From an uncultured Gammaproteobacteria bacterium (GTDB lineage Bacteria; Patescibacteriota; Patescibacteriia; JAHIZJ01), in the NCBI GenBank assembly GCA_964594455.1, contig CAZQLY010000001.1, positions 97 to 64,096 of the forward strand: a stretch of DNA of 64,000 nucleotides, given 5' to 3'. A model generated the notes under the pieces. The model was not told where the DNA came from. It saw only the letters and a program-made list of their open reading frames with translations, and did not search any database. Below are positions 36,308 to 46,268 of the stretch, in pieces. Both the position numbers and the translations under genes were made by a program. Position 1 is the first letter of the stretch; each line of letters starts with the position of its first letter.

Positions 36308-38627
36308 AAAGAAGAAAAAAAGTATTTCAAAAAAAGTAAATTTGAATCGGTCCACGACCGACGATGCTTCAATTCCCGAATCCAATGTGATAAATCTACG
36401 GGAGGTAATGCTCCAGCGGGAAGTAGAGAAACTGCGCAAAGAGCTGGAGAAGAAGCAGCGTTCTTCAGGCATCGGTAAAGTCAAAGATTGGATTTCTAGC
36501 GCTTCAAATAAACCGCCCGAATCATTGGAGAGAATAGAAATACCTCAACCAGGAGAAAAAACTGAGTTTGTTCAACCGATTGCCAGCAAAAAAAAGCGTC
36601 CTAGTCTGAAGGTAAAATTTTCCAGACCTCAGATCAAAGTAGAACAAGCCCACGTAAAATCTTTGATGGTTTTTATTTCGATTTGTTTACTTTTAGTATT
36701 GCCGATCTTTGGATTGTGGGGCTATCAATATTTATCTGATTTGCGAGGTCGAATAGTAGACGTATCTATGGATGCCTTTGATCAATTGATCTTGGCCGGT
36801 GAAGCAGCTACTGAGAATAACTTTGATATTGCACAGCAAAAGTTTTCTGAGGCCTCTGATACTTTTATCTTGGCTCAGAAAGAATTGGATAAGATGGGCG
36901 GTATCATGTTTAATTTGCTGCGCTACGCGCCCTTCAAAGGCAAGGTCTTGACTTCCGGCCAGCATCTTTTGGAGGCTGGGCAAGCTATCTCTCTAGCCGG
37001 TCAGGATATTACTGAAGTAGTGGAAATATTTAATCCCCAGGTAGCCAATAGCGATAATTTTTTAGTTCAAAATAGCTTAACCGGACTTTTGAATTCCAGT
37101 CAAGATTATCTTGTACCAGCCCAAGAACGCATCCGTCAAGCTGTTGATCATCTTAAACAAGTAGACTCTGAGGCTTTGCCAGTTGAGTATCGGGACGATA
37201 TAGATAATGTTAAAGCCAGCCTGCCCTTGTTAGAGGCTAATTTTGAGCAGTTTATTACATTCAGTGATCTGTTTTATACGCTGTTAGGCGGTGATGTATC
37301 GAAACGCTATTTACTGATCTTTCAGAACAATCGGGAGATGCGAGCCACGGGCGGTTTTATCGGCAGTATAGCATTAGTTGAAGTCAACAATGGAGAGATT
37401 ACCAAAATGGAAGTCCCGGGCGGTGGACCCTACGATCTACAAGGACAGTTAAAAGAAAAGGTAATTGCTCCGGCGCCGCTTCATTTGGTAAATCCGCACT
37501 GGTATCTGCAGGACGCAAATTGGTTTCCGGATTTTCCCGCCTCAGCCCAAAAGATAATGTGGTTTTATGAAAAGAGCGGCGGTCCGACTGTAGACGGTGT
37601 TATTAGTCTGACCCCGGATGTAATAATTGATCTGTTGAAGATAATCGGCTCAATAGACCTCCAAGAGCAGTATAGCGTAACTATTACCAGCGAGAATTTC
37701 ATAGAAGAAACACTTAACCAGGTCGAAAACGAATACGACGTTGAAGAAAACAAGCCGAAACAGTTTATTGCTGATTTACTGCCTATAGTGCTTGAAAGGG
37801 TATTTAGCGGCAACCAGCAAGAATTCTTTGCTTTACTAGGAGTATTGAGCGAAGCTTTGGAGCAAAGGCATTTAATGTTTTATATGTCTGATCAAACAAC
37901 TCAAACCCAAGTTGATCAGCTGGACTGGGGCGGTGAAATCAAACAAAGCAGTGGTGATTATCTAATGGTAGTGAATACCAATATCAGCGGGGGTAAGACT
38001 GATGCGGTTATAGACCAGACTATCAACCATAAGGTTGAGATCCAGCCCAATGGAGAAGCTATAACCACTGTTGAAATAACCCGTTTGCACAATGGGCAGA
38101 TAGATGACCAGTGGACTGGTTCCAAAAATATAGACTTTATGAGGCTGTATGCTCCACAAGGGTCTGAGCTAATTGAAGCGACGGGGTTTGAATCTCCAGA
38201 TCCGAAGCTTATGCAATGGCCTGAACCTGGTTATGAAGTTGATAGTGATTTAAGTGATATAGAAGGACAGGTTATCATTGACGAAAGAACTAATACCCGG
38301 ATCAATAATGAGTTTGGTAAGACAGTATTTGGTAACTGGGTCCAAGTAGAGCCAGGGGAGAGTGTTACCGCTACTATTACTTACAAATTGCCGTTTACAG
38401 TAACTACAGGCGGATTTATCAATACCTCAACGCCTTATAGCCTCTATGTTCAAAAACAGTCGGGCAGCTTTGACAGTGTTTTCCATTCGGAAATAGATTT
38501 CCCCGAAGATTACTCGATAATTTGGCAGTGGCCTGATCAGTCAGAGCTGGTTCAAGATGGCAATTCATTGAAACTGGAAAAGGTATTGAAAAGCGATATG
38601 TATTTTGGGGTAGTTTTCCAGAAATAA
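36297..38627 (+). CDS. large membrane-anchored exported protein, DUF4012-like (polysaccharide-cluster associated)
   Basis: 776 aa. TM at about residue 125. ...NNREMRATGGFIGS... motif. Confidence 0.5.
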   Translation: MAARKKKKSISKKVNLNRSTTDDASIPESNVINLREVMLQREVEKLRKELEKKQRSSGIGKVKDWISSASNKPPESLERIEIPQPGEKTEFVQPIASKKKRPSLKVKFSRPQIKVEQAHVKSLMVFISICLLLVLPIFGLWGYQYLSDLRGRIVDVSMDAFDQLILAGEAATENNFDIAQQKFSEASDTFILAQKELDKMGGIMFNLLRYAPFKGKVLTSGQHLLEAGQAISLAGQDITEVVEIFNPQVANSDNFLVQNSLTGLLNSSQDYLVPAQERIRQAVDHLKQVDSEALPVEYRDDIDNVKASLPLLEANFEQFITFSDLFYTLLGGDVSKRYLLIFQNNREMRATGGFIGSIALVEVNNGEITKMEVPGGGPYDLQGQLKEKVIAPAPLHLVNPHWYLQDANWFPDFPASAQKIMWFYEKSGGPTVDGVISLTPDVIIDLLKIIGSIDLQEQYSVTITSENFIEETLNQVENEYDVEENKPKQFIADLLPIVLERVFSGNQQEFFALLGVLSEALEQRHLMFYMSDQTTQTQVDQLDWGGEIKQSSGDYLMVVNTNISGGKTDAVIDQTINHKVEIQPNGEAITTVEITRLHNGQIDDQWTGSKNIDFMRLYAPQGSELIEATGFESPDPKLMQWPEPGYEVDSDLSDIEGQVIIDERTNTRINNEFGKTVFGNWVQVEPGESVTATITYKLPFTVTTGGFINTSTPYSLYVQKQSGSFDSVFHSEIDFPEDYSIIWQWPDQSELVQDGNSLKLEKVLKSDMYFGVVFQK

Positions 38628-39187
38628 TTTAAGTTAAAAACAAAATAGCTGTTGTTAGCTGTTTTTTTATTGGTTTTTATGCTACCCCTTGACAAAATCA
38701 GGCAAATGAGCTAAACTACTCGGTTAAACAATAGCCATTTTAAATATTAGGCGCAAAGCTATACAGGATCTGGGAGGGTTTTTTGTTGGCTTCTGGAAAA
38801 TGGGTGCATTTGGCTTCTTACTTTGAGTTCTCTCTTCTAATTAGACCACGGAAGGCGAGATGAAGAAGCCTATTAATCAGCACCCATTTTTTAGGAGCTA
38901 ATATAGGTTCATTGATATTAGTTCTAAGGCGCATATTTGGAGGGGTGGTGGAACACGGCAAGACAAATCGTTCGGGTTTCGACTCGAACTGTCCTGTCAC
39001 TCCATCAGGTACCGTTTCCGGCTTTCTAGTCGGAACAAGCGGGCCAACACCTCCAAATATGTTCTTTTGAGAGCAAATAGCGGATAATCAATCTGTCGGT
39101 GTTTTTTCTGACTGATTGATTATACGTTGTATATAGATTGATGTATTTTCTCTTTTTTTGGTGTCCCTGTTTCAAGGAGGACGTCTC

Positions 39188-39616
39188 ATGTACCAGGTCA
39201 TGGTCGAAGCAAGCTCGAACGGCACTTTCACTCCTGCGCGCTGGCCTCTGATCATCAATGGTGGTCAGAGAGTCGAGAAGACGGCTGAGCAGCTGTCCAA
39301 TCCCCAGGCCACCTTTGCCTGCGGTTGTCACGGCGAGGATGCGAAAGGCGAGCCCTGTCGCTGTAAGGCCGAGCATACGGCCGACAAGATGAAGGCCGCC
39401 GTGGCTCCGGACGGGACGATCGTGGTGGTGTGCAACGAGCACGGCCCGGCAGTGCATCAGCAGTTCAACGTTCCCACTAACCGGACACTGCGCGACGTCC
39501 TCGACAGCATGGTGATTCCGAGACTGAACACCTCGGATGATTTCCACCGCAGTCGCTGGGAGCGTCGTCAGCAGGTCACCGGTCTGAGCAACATCTTCGC
39601 TGAGGCTGCATCGTAG
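39188..39616 (+). CDS. high-GC Cys/His-rich hypothetical protein
   Basis: RBS AAGGAGG 7 nt upstream of ATG 39188. CGCHGE..CRC...VCNEHG. Confidence 0.45.
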   Translation: MYQVMVEASSNGTFTPARWPLIINGGQRVEKTAEQLSNPQATFACGCHGEDAKGEPCRCKAEHTADKMKAAVAPDGTIVVVCNEHGPAVHQQFNVPTNRTLRDVLDSMVIPRLNTSDDFHRSRWERRQQVTGLSNIFAEAAS

Positions 39617-39775
39617 CATCGATCTGATCTCTCCTCGGAGCAGTTAGTATTCGCTGACTGCTCCACCTACCTGAGTGTTTTACAAATAATGGTAAAATGT
39701 TCAGGTAGGGCTTTGCTCTTTTCTAAATAGATGTGGTGAGACGACAACAAGAACTCCTAAGCAGGAGATAGAGTC

Positions 39776-40027
39776 ATGGACGCATGTCAAATTATAGGCT
39801 TGATCCTAGGAATACTTGTCCTTGGTGCCTTCCTACGTTGGCGCCGGAGTATCCTAGACGACCCTCAGGGTTTCCAACTGACAATGATGTTTTTTTGCGC
39901 CTTTGCTGGATGTGTCTTGGAGGTTGCCAACATCTTGGAGGAAAACGGTGCCGGATTCGGCATTGCAATTGCCGGCATCGCCTTTTTCTTCTTCTATGGC
40001 TTTTTTGCCATGTTGGAAAGCCGTTAG
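39776..40027 (+). CDS. high-GC small membrane protein (2 TM)
   Basis: RBS GCAGGAGA. 83 aa. Confidence 0.4.
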   Translation: MDACQIIGLILGILVLGAFLRWRRSILDDPQGFQLTMMFFCAFAGCVLEVANILEENGAGFGIAIAGIAFFFFYGFFAMLESR

Positions 40028-40226
40028 CCAATTTCGGGGCAGATTGTTACACAGTTTGCCCCACCTACCTGAGTGTTTTATTTTTTAGAACCCTCAGATA
40101 GGGTATAAAAGCCCGATCTGAAGACTTGAGTCATAAATCGTTCTTTTAAACATCAACTCAAGTCTTCCGATTGGTCTTTTCAACAGAACCAGAAGCGAAC
40201 ACAACCCAAGGAAGGGGGTGATTCAG

Positions 40227-40376
40227 GTGAAGGATCCATGTAGTAGTCAGAACCAGTACAACCGCATGAGGTGGTATGAGTATGCTGGGCTGGCCTTGCT
40301 GGCTCTGAGCGTGGCTGTTCTACTCTATACCAGATTCTTCCAACCGGAGGTGTGGGCCCATGCCTTTCGCTTCTAA
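40227..40376 (+). CDS. possible 49-aa small membrane protein (GTG start)
   Basis: RBS AGGGGGTG. Hydrophobic segment AGLALLALSVAVLLY. Followed by terminator gggaggg...ccctccc. Confidence 0.25.
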   Translation: MKDPCSSQNQYNRMRWYEYAGLALLALSVAVLLYTRFFQPEVWAHAFRF

Positions 40377-40622
40377 GCGCTACAACTAGGGAGGGTAACA
40401 GTTAGGCTGACCCTCCCCTCGTATTTTTATCAATTATCGTATGCGAGGATGATCATCCTCGCTTGCGAAAGGAATTAGATGATTATCAGCCAATTCGAGG
40501 TTTAAGTCTTGAGCTGGTTGCTAATCAAGTAGGTTAGCGATGGCTGGCGCAGAACGTCAGTACGGCTCTTTTCATAGACACTCCAGGGCGTCGATCGTTC
40601 CGGTGTCTTGTAAAAAGGGGGT

Positions 40623-41180
40623 TTGATGATGTATGAGAAAATGGATCCTGTGGAACGTAAACGGAGAATCCATTGGAACCTTGCCTTACACATGGCAACG
40701 CTCTTTGCCATTCTTTCTTTAACGGTTCTGGGATATGTAATATTCCAAACCCCAACTGTTTTTAGTGACTTTTTCAGCAACCAGAAGGCGCTGATTTTCA
40801 CTCTCATCTCAGGATTTGTCCTAGGTTTGTCTCTCTGCGTTGTTCGCGAACCAGAGATGAATCGCAGAAGGTTCTATAACACTTTTCACCTCGTGGCCGG
40901 TTCTGCGACTCAGGAGGCAGTAACAGAATTCTTGACTGCTATAGCAGAGACGATCCGGAGAGACGATGAACGGCTTATCGAGCTTCAGATAAGACTAACG
41001 AATGATGAAGGTGCTGATCTCGATGAGTTGAGAAGGGGAATTGATAGACTGGAAGAGGAGTACAGAAGACTGAGGGACGACTTCTGGTATGCGCATAGGA
41101 TGGCTCAAAAGTGCGGTTTCAAGACACTCCCACGCTGGAAGTTCTACCTCAATAAACAGCTCGTGGCCCAGTTGAAGTGA
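40623..41180 (+). CDS. hypothetical membrane protein with cytoplasmic coiled-coil tail
   Basis: 185 aa. Two TM, then charged helical region. Confidence 0.45.
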   Translation: MMMYEKMDPVERKRRIHWNLALHMATLFAILSLTVLGYVIFQTPTVFSDFFSNQKALIFTLISGFVLGLSLCVVREPEMNRRRFYNTFHLVAGSATQEAVTEFLTAIAETIRRDDERLIELQIRLTNDEGADLDELRRGIDRLEEEYRRLRDDFWYAHRMAQKCGFKTLPRWKFYLNKQLVAQLK

Positions 41181-41523
41181 TAGGGGCAGGATGATCTTTG
41201 CGGGGCGGATCTGCTTATTTGCGGATTCGCTCCTTTTTCGTTTTAAAACGCAAGCGGACAAACGTTTGTCCGCTTACAGAAGTAGGAAATTTTTCTCTTC
41301 ACAAATTTAAATAGGGTAGTATAATTAGTAATTGAAACCCAAGTTATACACACCCTTTGACACTTTGATTCCTGCCGATAACGAGGGACTCGATGTTATC
41401 GGACTGTAAAGATAAAATCCTTTGTCCTACTTTTTTTATAGGACTGTTCTTTTGATTTGGATTTTCAGATTTCAGTCTTTCAAATCGACATCACTCTCTC
41501 AAATCGGCAGAAATCAGGGTATC

Positions 41524-41562
41524 AAACTCCCTTATATCAAGGGAGTTTTTGTGTTGTTTTTT
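41524..41562 (+). terminator. intrinsic terminator (aaactccctt-atatca-aagggagttt + T-rich)
   Basis: 10-bp perfect stem followed by ttgtgttgtttttt. Confidence 0.55.
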
Positions 41563-41592
41563 GCCTATAAAAATGGTAAAATGCTACCACCT

Positions 41593-43212
41593 ATGTTGAG
41601 TCGGATATTGTATAAGCTACAGACTACGATCATGGGCGGTGCGATTATAGTTGGTACTGCCTCTGTTGTCAGTCGTCTGATTGGGTTGCTGAGAGACAGG
41701 TTATTGGCTTCTACCTTTGGGGCTGGCGATACCCTTGATGTGTATTATGCCGCTTTTCGTCTGCCTGACTTTATTTTTAATATTTTGGTATTGGGCGCCC
41801 TGTCCTCGTCCTTCATCCCGGTTTTTTTGGATTATTGGTGTCGTGACAAGAGTAGTCAGGAATCTCAGCAGCAGGCCTGGAAGATTACAAATTCAGTCTT
41901 GAACTTAATTTTGATTGGACTGATTGTTGTGGGCGGGTTGATGGCATTATTTGCTCCCCAACTGACTGAATTAATTGCTCCAGGATTCTCGCCGGATAAG
42001 CAAGCAGAAACAGCCCAGCTGACCCGGATCATGCTATTAAGCATTGTGTTCTTTGGTTTGAGTAATGTGGTCAGTGGAGTACTCAATTCGTTCAGAAAGT
42101 TTTTTGCCTATTCACTGGCACCCATTATGTATAATTTGGGAATCATTTTTGGCATAATGGTATTAGTCCCGCAATGGGGCAAGCCGGGCTTGGCGATCGG
42201 TGTAGTCATGGGCGCTTTGGCCCATTTGCTGGTGCAGCTACCGGCTGTTTTCAAATCAGGCTATCGGTACCGTTGGATAATTGATACCACCCATGCCGGC
42301 GTTAAGAAGATTGGTAAATTGATGGTCCCCAGAGCTTTTGGCTTGGCCGTGGTTCAAATAAATCAAATAGTCATTAACGTAATTGCTTCAACCTTGCGCA
42401 CCGGAAGCGTAGCTATTTTTAATTTGGCCAATAACTTACAAAGTTTTCCGATCGGCGTGTTTGGTGTTTCTCTGGCGGTTTCGTCTTTTCCAGTTTTTAG
42501 CAAGGCTTTTGCCGAAAAAGATACCCAAGGATTTGTCTTTCACTTCTCAGAAACATTTCGTCGGGTTTTATTTTTTATTATTCCTGCCTCGGTAGCCATC
42601 CTTCTGCTCCGGGCTCAGATAGTACGTTTGATATTGGGCGCCGGACAGTTTGATTGGACTGATACGGTCTTAACAGCTCAAACCTTGGGGTTATTTTCTA
42701 TCTCGCTTTTCGCTCAAAGTCTGATTCCTATGCTGGCTCGGTCGTTTTATGCTTTTCAGAATACTAAGACGCCTGTAATAATCAGCTTGATTTCCATGGC
42801 AGTTAATGTAGTTTTGGGTTATTGGCTGAGTCAGCGCTGGGGTATCTCGGGTTTAGCTATGGCTTTTTCGTTTGCCAGCGTATTGAATATGCTGTTATTA
42901 TTAGCTACTCTAAGGGTTACCATTGGTTATTTGGATGATAATAGGATATTGCGGTCAGTGTTCAAAATTATGGTAGGTTCTGCAGCTTTAGGCTTTGTCA
43001 TACAATGGCTGAAATATGTCATTGCGCCGGTAGTTGATATGCAAACTTTTTGGGGCGTTTTTGCTCAGACAGCCGGGTCTCTCATAGTCGGAATAATAAT
43101 TTATCTTGTTGTAACGATGTTGCTTCAATCCGATGAAATAGAAGTTGTTCGTAAGTGGTTGGCCAAGGCTCGAGTGCAGTTTTTCAATAATTCTAATCGT
43201 ACTGATGAATAA
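41593..43212 (+). CDS. murJ: lipid II flippase MurJ (MviN)
   Basis: ASVVSRLIGLLRDRLLASTFGAGDTLDVYYAAFRLP aligns with the MurJ N-terminus. 14 TM. Start uncertain (41581/41593/41632); the ORF-track start 41422 is too far upstream. Confidence 0.8.
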   Translation: MLSRILYKLQTTIMGGAIIVGTASVVSRLIGLLRDRLLASTFGAGDTLDVYYAAFRLPDFIFNILVLGALSSSFIPVFLDYWCRDKSSQESQQQAWKITNSVLNLILIGLIVVGGLMALFAPQLTELIAPGFSPDKQAETAQLTRIMLLSIVFFGLSNVVSGVLNSFRKFFAYSLAPIMYNLGIIFGIMVLVPQWGKPGLAIGVVMGALAHLLVQLPAVFKSGYRYRWIIDTTHAGVKKIGKLMVPRAFGLAVVQINQIVINVIASTLRTGSVAIFNLANNLQSFPIGVFGVSLAVSSFPVFSKAFAEKDTQGFVFHFSETFRRVLFFIIPASVAILLLRAQIVRLILGAGQFDWTDTVLTAQTLGLFSISLFAQSLIPMLARSFYAFQNTKTPVIISLISMAVNVVLGYWLSQRWGISGLAMAFSFASVLNMLLLLATLRVTIGYLDDNRILRSVFKIMVGSAALGFVIQWLKYVIAPVVDMQTFWGVFAQTAGSLIVGIIIYLVVTMLLQSDEIEVVRKWLAKARVQFFNNSNRTDE

Positions 43213-45010
43213 ACCAGATTCATTAATCAGAAACTTTTGTGTCATTGCCCATATTGACCACGGTAAGTCCACGCTGGCGGACCGGTTTTTAGAATATACT
43301 AAAGCGGTGCCAGCCAGGCAGATGAAGGAACAGCTGCTGGATCAGATGGATATTGAGCGGGAAAGAGGAATTACGATCAAGCTCCAGCCTGTTCAAATGC
43401 ATTATCAAGCCAAGGATGGAAATAACTACGTACTCAATTTAATAGATACCCCTGGGCACGTAGATTTTTCCTACGAGGTTTCTCGTACTCTGGCAGCGGT
43501 CGAAGGAGCCGTCTTATTGGTCGATGCTACTCAAGGCATAGAAGCCCAGACTTTGTCCCATCTTTATTTGGCCATAGAGGAAAATTTAACCATCATTCCA
43601 GTAATCAATAAAATAGATTTACCAAACGCAGATGTCGAAAAAGTATCCCAAGAGTTAGTGAAACTTCTGGGAGTCAAGGCGGAAGATATTATCGCTGTAT
43701 CTGCCAAGACGGGAGAGAGTGTCGAGTCGATAATAGAAAAGATAGTTGATCAAGTGCCTCCACCACAGTCTGCACAGTTGGATAAATTACAGGCTCTGAT
43801 ATTTGATTCGACTTATGATGAATACCGAGGGGTGATTGCCTACGTTAGGATATTTAACGGCCGGGTCAAAGCGGGAGATAAAATTCATTTCATGCAGACA
43901 AATAAGATTACTGAGGTTCTGGAAGTAGGTATTTTTGCGCCTCAATTGATCAAGCAGGAGAAGATTGAAACGGGAGGCATTGGTTATATCGTAACGGGCT
44001 TAAAAGAGGTTAGTCACTGTCGGGTTGGTGATACTATAACCTTGAATCAAAAAGATTTGCCTGGTCCCTTGCCCGGCTACAAAACCGTCAAACCCATGGT
44101 TTTCGCTGGCCTATATACTAAAGAAGGCGATGAATATCCCAACCTGCGTGAAGCAGTGGAAAAGTTGAAACTGAATGATGCGGCTTTTACGTATGAGCCA
44201 GAACATTTTCCGGCCCTGGGATTTGGATTTCGAGCTGGTTTTTTGGGACTACTGCATTTAGAAATAATCCAAGAAAGATTAAAACGCGAATACGATTTAA
44301 ATATTATTGTCACAGCGCCAGGTGTAGCCTATCGCTTGAAGAAAAAAAGTTTATCTGAGGTAATAATTATTCGCAGTGCACAGGATATGCCCGATCCAAC
44401 TGAGATAGAATTCATTGAAGAGCCTTGGCTGCAGGTGGATATAGTCAGCCCTGCGGAATATATTGGATCGATTATGAAATTGGTACAGGAAGCACACGGA
44501 ATATACCGTTCGATGGAGTATTTAGACCAAGATCGGGTGATACTGCATTACGAGGTGCCCTTAGCTAGCGTAATAATTGATTTTTATGATAGACTAAAAA
44601 GTGCCACTCGCGGTTACGCTTCTTTAAATTACGACTTTTTAGAATATCGCCAGGCTGATTTGATTAAGCTGGACATATTGATAGCTGGAGAGGTTGAAGA
44701 AGCCTTGAGCTCGATAGTTAGAAAAAATGAAGCTTATAGCCAGGGTCGTTTAGCAGTCGATAATTTGAAAAAGGTAATTCCGAAACAACAGTTTGAGGTT
44801 AAAATTCAAGCAGCCATTTCCGGAAAAATTATTGCGGCTAGTCGCCTGGCAGCTCTTAGAAAAGACGTTACGGCTAAACTTTACGGAGGAGATGTAACCA
44901 GAAAAAGAAAGTTGTTGGAGAAGCAGAAAAAGGGCAAGAAACGAATGAAAGAGATGGGGCGAGTTGATATTCCGTCCGATGCGTATATTTCGCTCTTGAA
45001 AAGAAAATAA
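43205..45010 (+). CDS. lepA: elongation factor 4 (LepA)
   Basis: IRNFCVIAHIDHGKSTLADR. GTPase G1-G4. LepA C-terminal domain. ATG 43205 overlaps murJ stop. Confidence 0.95.
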   Translation: MNKPDSLIRNFCVIAHIDHGKSTLADRFLEYTKAVPARQMKEQLLDQMDIERERGITIKLQPVQMHYQAKDGNNYVLNLIDTPGHVDFSYEVSRTLAAVEGAVLLVDATQGIEAQTLSHLYLAIEENLTIIPVINKIDLPNADVEKVSQELVKLLGVKAEDIIAVSAKTGESVESIIEKIVDQVPPPQSAQLDKLQALIFDSTYDEYRGVIAYVRIFNGRVKAGDKIHFMQTNKITEVLEVGIFAPQLIKQEKIETGGIGYIVTGLKEVSHCRVGDTITLNQKDLPGPLPGYKTVKPMVFAGLYTKEGDEYPNLREAVEKLKLNDAAFTYEPEHFPALGFGFRAGFLGLLHLEIIQERLKREYDLNIIVTAPGVAYRLKKKSLSEVIIIRSAQDMPDPTEIEFIEEPWLQVDIVSPAEYIGSIMKLVQEAHGIYRSMEYLDQDRVILHYEVPLASVIIDFYDRLKSATRGYASLNYDFLEYRQADLIKLDILIAGEVEEALSSIVRKNEAYSQGRLAVDNLKKVIPKQQFEVKIQAAISGKIIAASRLAALRKDVTAKLYGGDVTRKRKLLEKQKKGKKRMKEMGRVDIPSDAYISLLKRK

Positions 45011-45171
45011 AAAACACCGCCGATCAGTGTTTATACTATTTTAGATGGATATTATCTAAAGGCCGGAGCAATAGTAAAAGCAACCATGGCAAGAATTCCG
45101 ACCAGAGTAATGATTATCCAAATTATACGTATTCTTTTTTGATGTTTTTTTACCAGCATAATTGATTTCGT

Positions 45172-45813
45172 ATGTTCGAGGGTTATTATACCAAAAATTT
45201 AAAAGAAGGGGAAGAGTTGGTTCAAATAGTCCGACGATATTATTTGACCTATTCTTTTCATATCATATTAGCCTTTATAATCATACTGCTGCCATTCTTT
45301 TTCCTCTACCCACTTTTTCGAATGGGAGGCTGGGGAATATTCTTTTTCTTTTTAATGCTGTTGGTTGGCGTTTTTTATGCTTTGCGCCAGTCAATAATCT
45401 ATTTTATGAATGGATTAGTGATTACCAGGGATCGAATTATAGATTTTGATCAAAAAGGACTTTTTAACCGAGTAGTTTCCGAATCTAGTTATGGCAAGAT
45501 ACAGGATATTAGTTTCAAGATAAAAGGGATCTGGCAGACCGTGTTTAATTATGGAGATATCGAGATTCAAACAGCCGCCTCTCAGGCAAACTTAGAAATA
45601 AAAGATGTGGCTGAACCTCAGAAAATCCAGGACTTGATAGTCAAAATACAGCAAGAAACAGCCAAACCACCGGAAGATCTATCAGCCCAGGAGTTAGTTA
45701 CCATGGTGACCAAGATAAAGAAAGGATTAGGTGAGGAGAAATTTCAGGAGCTTGTCCGATCAAACACGGAAACTAAGCCCAAAAAGCCAAAAAAGAGGAT
45801 TGCCAAGGAGTAG
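45172..45813 (+). CDS. membrane protein with bacterial PH (bPH_2/YdbT-like) domain
   Basis: Two TM. DRIIDFDQKGLFNRVVSESSYGKIQDISFK. Confidence 0.5.
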   Translation: MFEGYYTKNLKEGEELVQIVRRYYLTYSFHIILAFIIILLPFFFLYPLFRMGGWGIFFFFLMLLVGVFYALRQSIIYFMNGLVITRDRIIDFDQKGLFNRVVSESSYGKIQDISFKIKGIWQTVFNYGDIEIQTAASQANLEIKDVAEPQKIQDLIVKIQQETAKPPEDLSAQELVTMVTKIKKGLGEEKFQELVRSNTETKPKKPKKRIAKE

Positions 45814-45834
45814 ACTCTCTGTTATACTCATTTT

Positions 45835-46248
45835 ATGAAATCCAAGAAACAGACAGGCACTTGGAAACGTTTTCTGGGCTCTCGAATGCTGCTAGTGTTC
45901 GAAATAGCAGTGATTGTGTTGTTTTCGGTAGCCTTGGCTAAAGAAATAATCAGACGCTGGGAAGTAAGAACTGAAATTACCAAACTAGAAGATGAAATAG
46001 AGCAACTAGAAACTCAAAATGCTGAACTATCTGGTTTGATATCCTACTTTCAATCTGATTATTACAAAGAGCGTGAGGCAAGGTTGAAGCTTGGCCTACA
46101 AAAAGAGGGGGAGTCAGCCCTGAGTTTACCGGTGATTCAAAACTCCGATTCTGAAACAGAAGACGGGTCGGGAACGCCGATAGCAGCTCGATCGGGGGAT
46201 ACAACCATTCCTCAAAAATGGTGGAACTATTTTTTCTCAAAACAATAA
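45835..46248 (+). CDS. septum-formation initiator FtsB/DivIC-like
   Basis: TM plus coiled coil. YYKEREARLKLGLQKEGE. Confidence 0.55.
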   Translation: MKSKKQTGTWKRFLGSRMLLVFEIAVIVLFSVALAKEIIRRWEVRTEITKLEDEIEQLETQNAELSGLISYFQSDYYKEREARLKLGLQKEGESALSLPVIQNSDSETEDGSGTPIAARSGDTTIPQKWWNYFFSKQ

Positions 46249-46268
46249 ATTAATTAATAGGAATAATT

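Noticed and set aside
38932-39061. tmRNA or SRP RNA in the ORF-free stretch before 39188
   Set aside because: No tRNA-like 3' end (…CCA with T-arm GGUUCGA-UCC). No tag-peptide reading frame. No SRP domain-IV GGAA/GCAG motif recognisable by eye. Kept only as an unknown structured element.
39026-40101. Minus-strand 197-aa ORF and assorted overlapping ORFs in the 39-40 kb island
   Set aside because: Antisense or out-of-frame to the RBS-supported genes 39188-39616 and 39776-40027. Products of high-GC composition.
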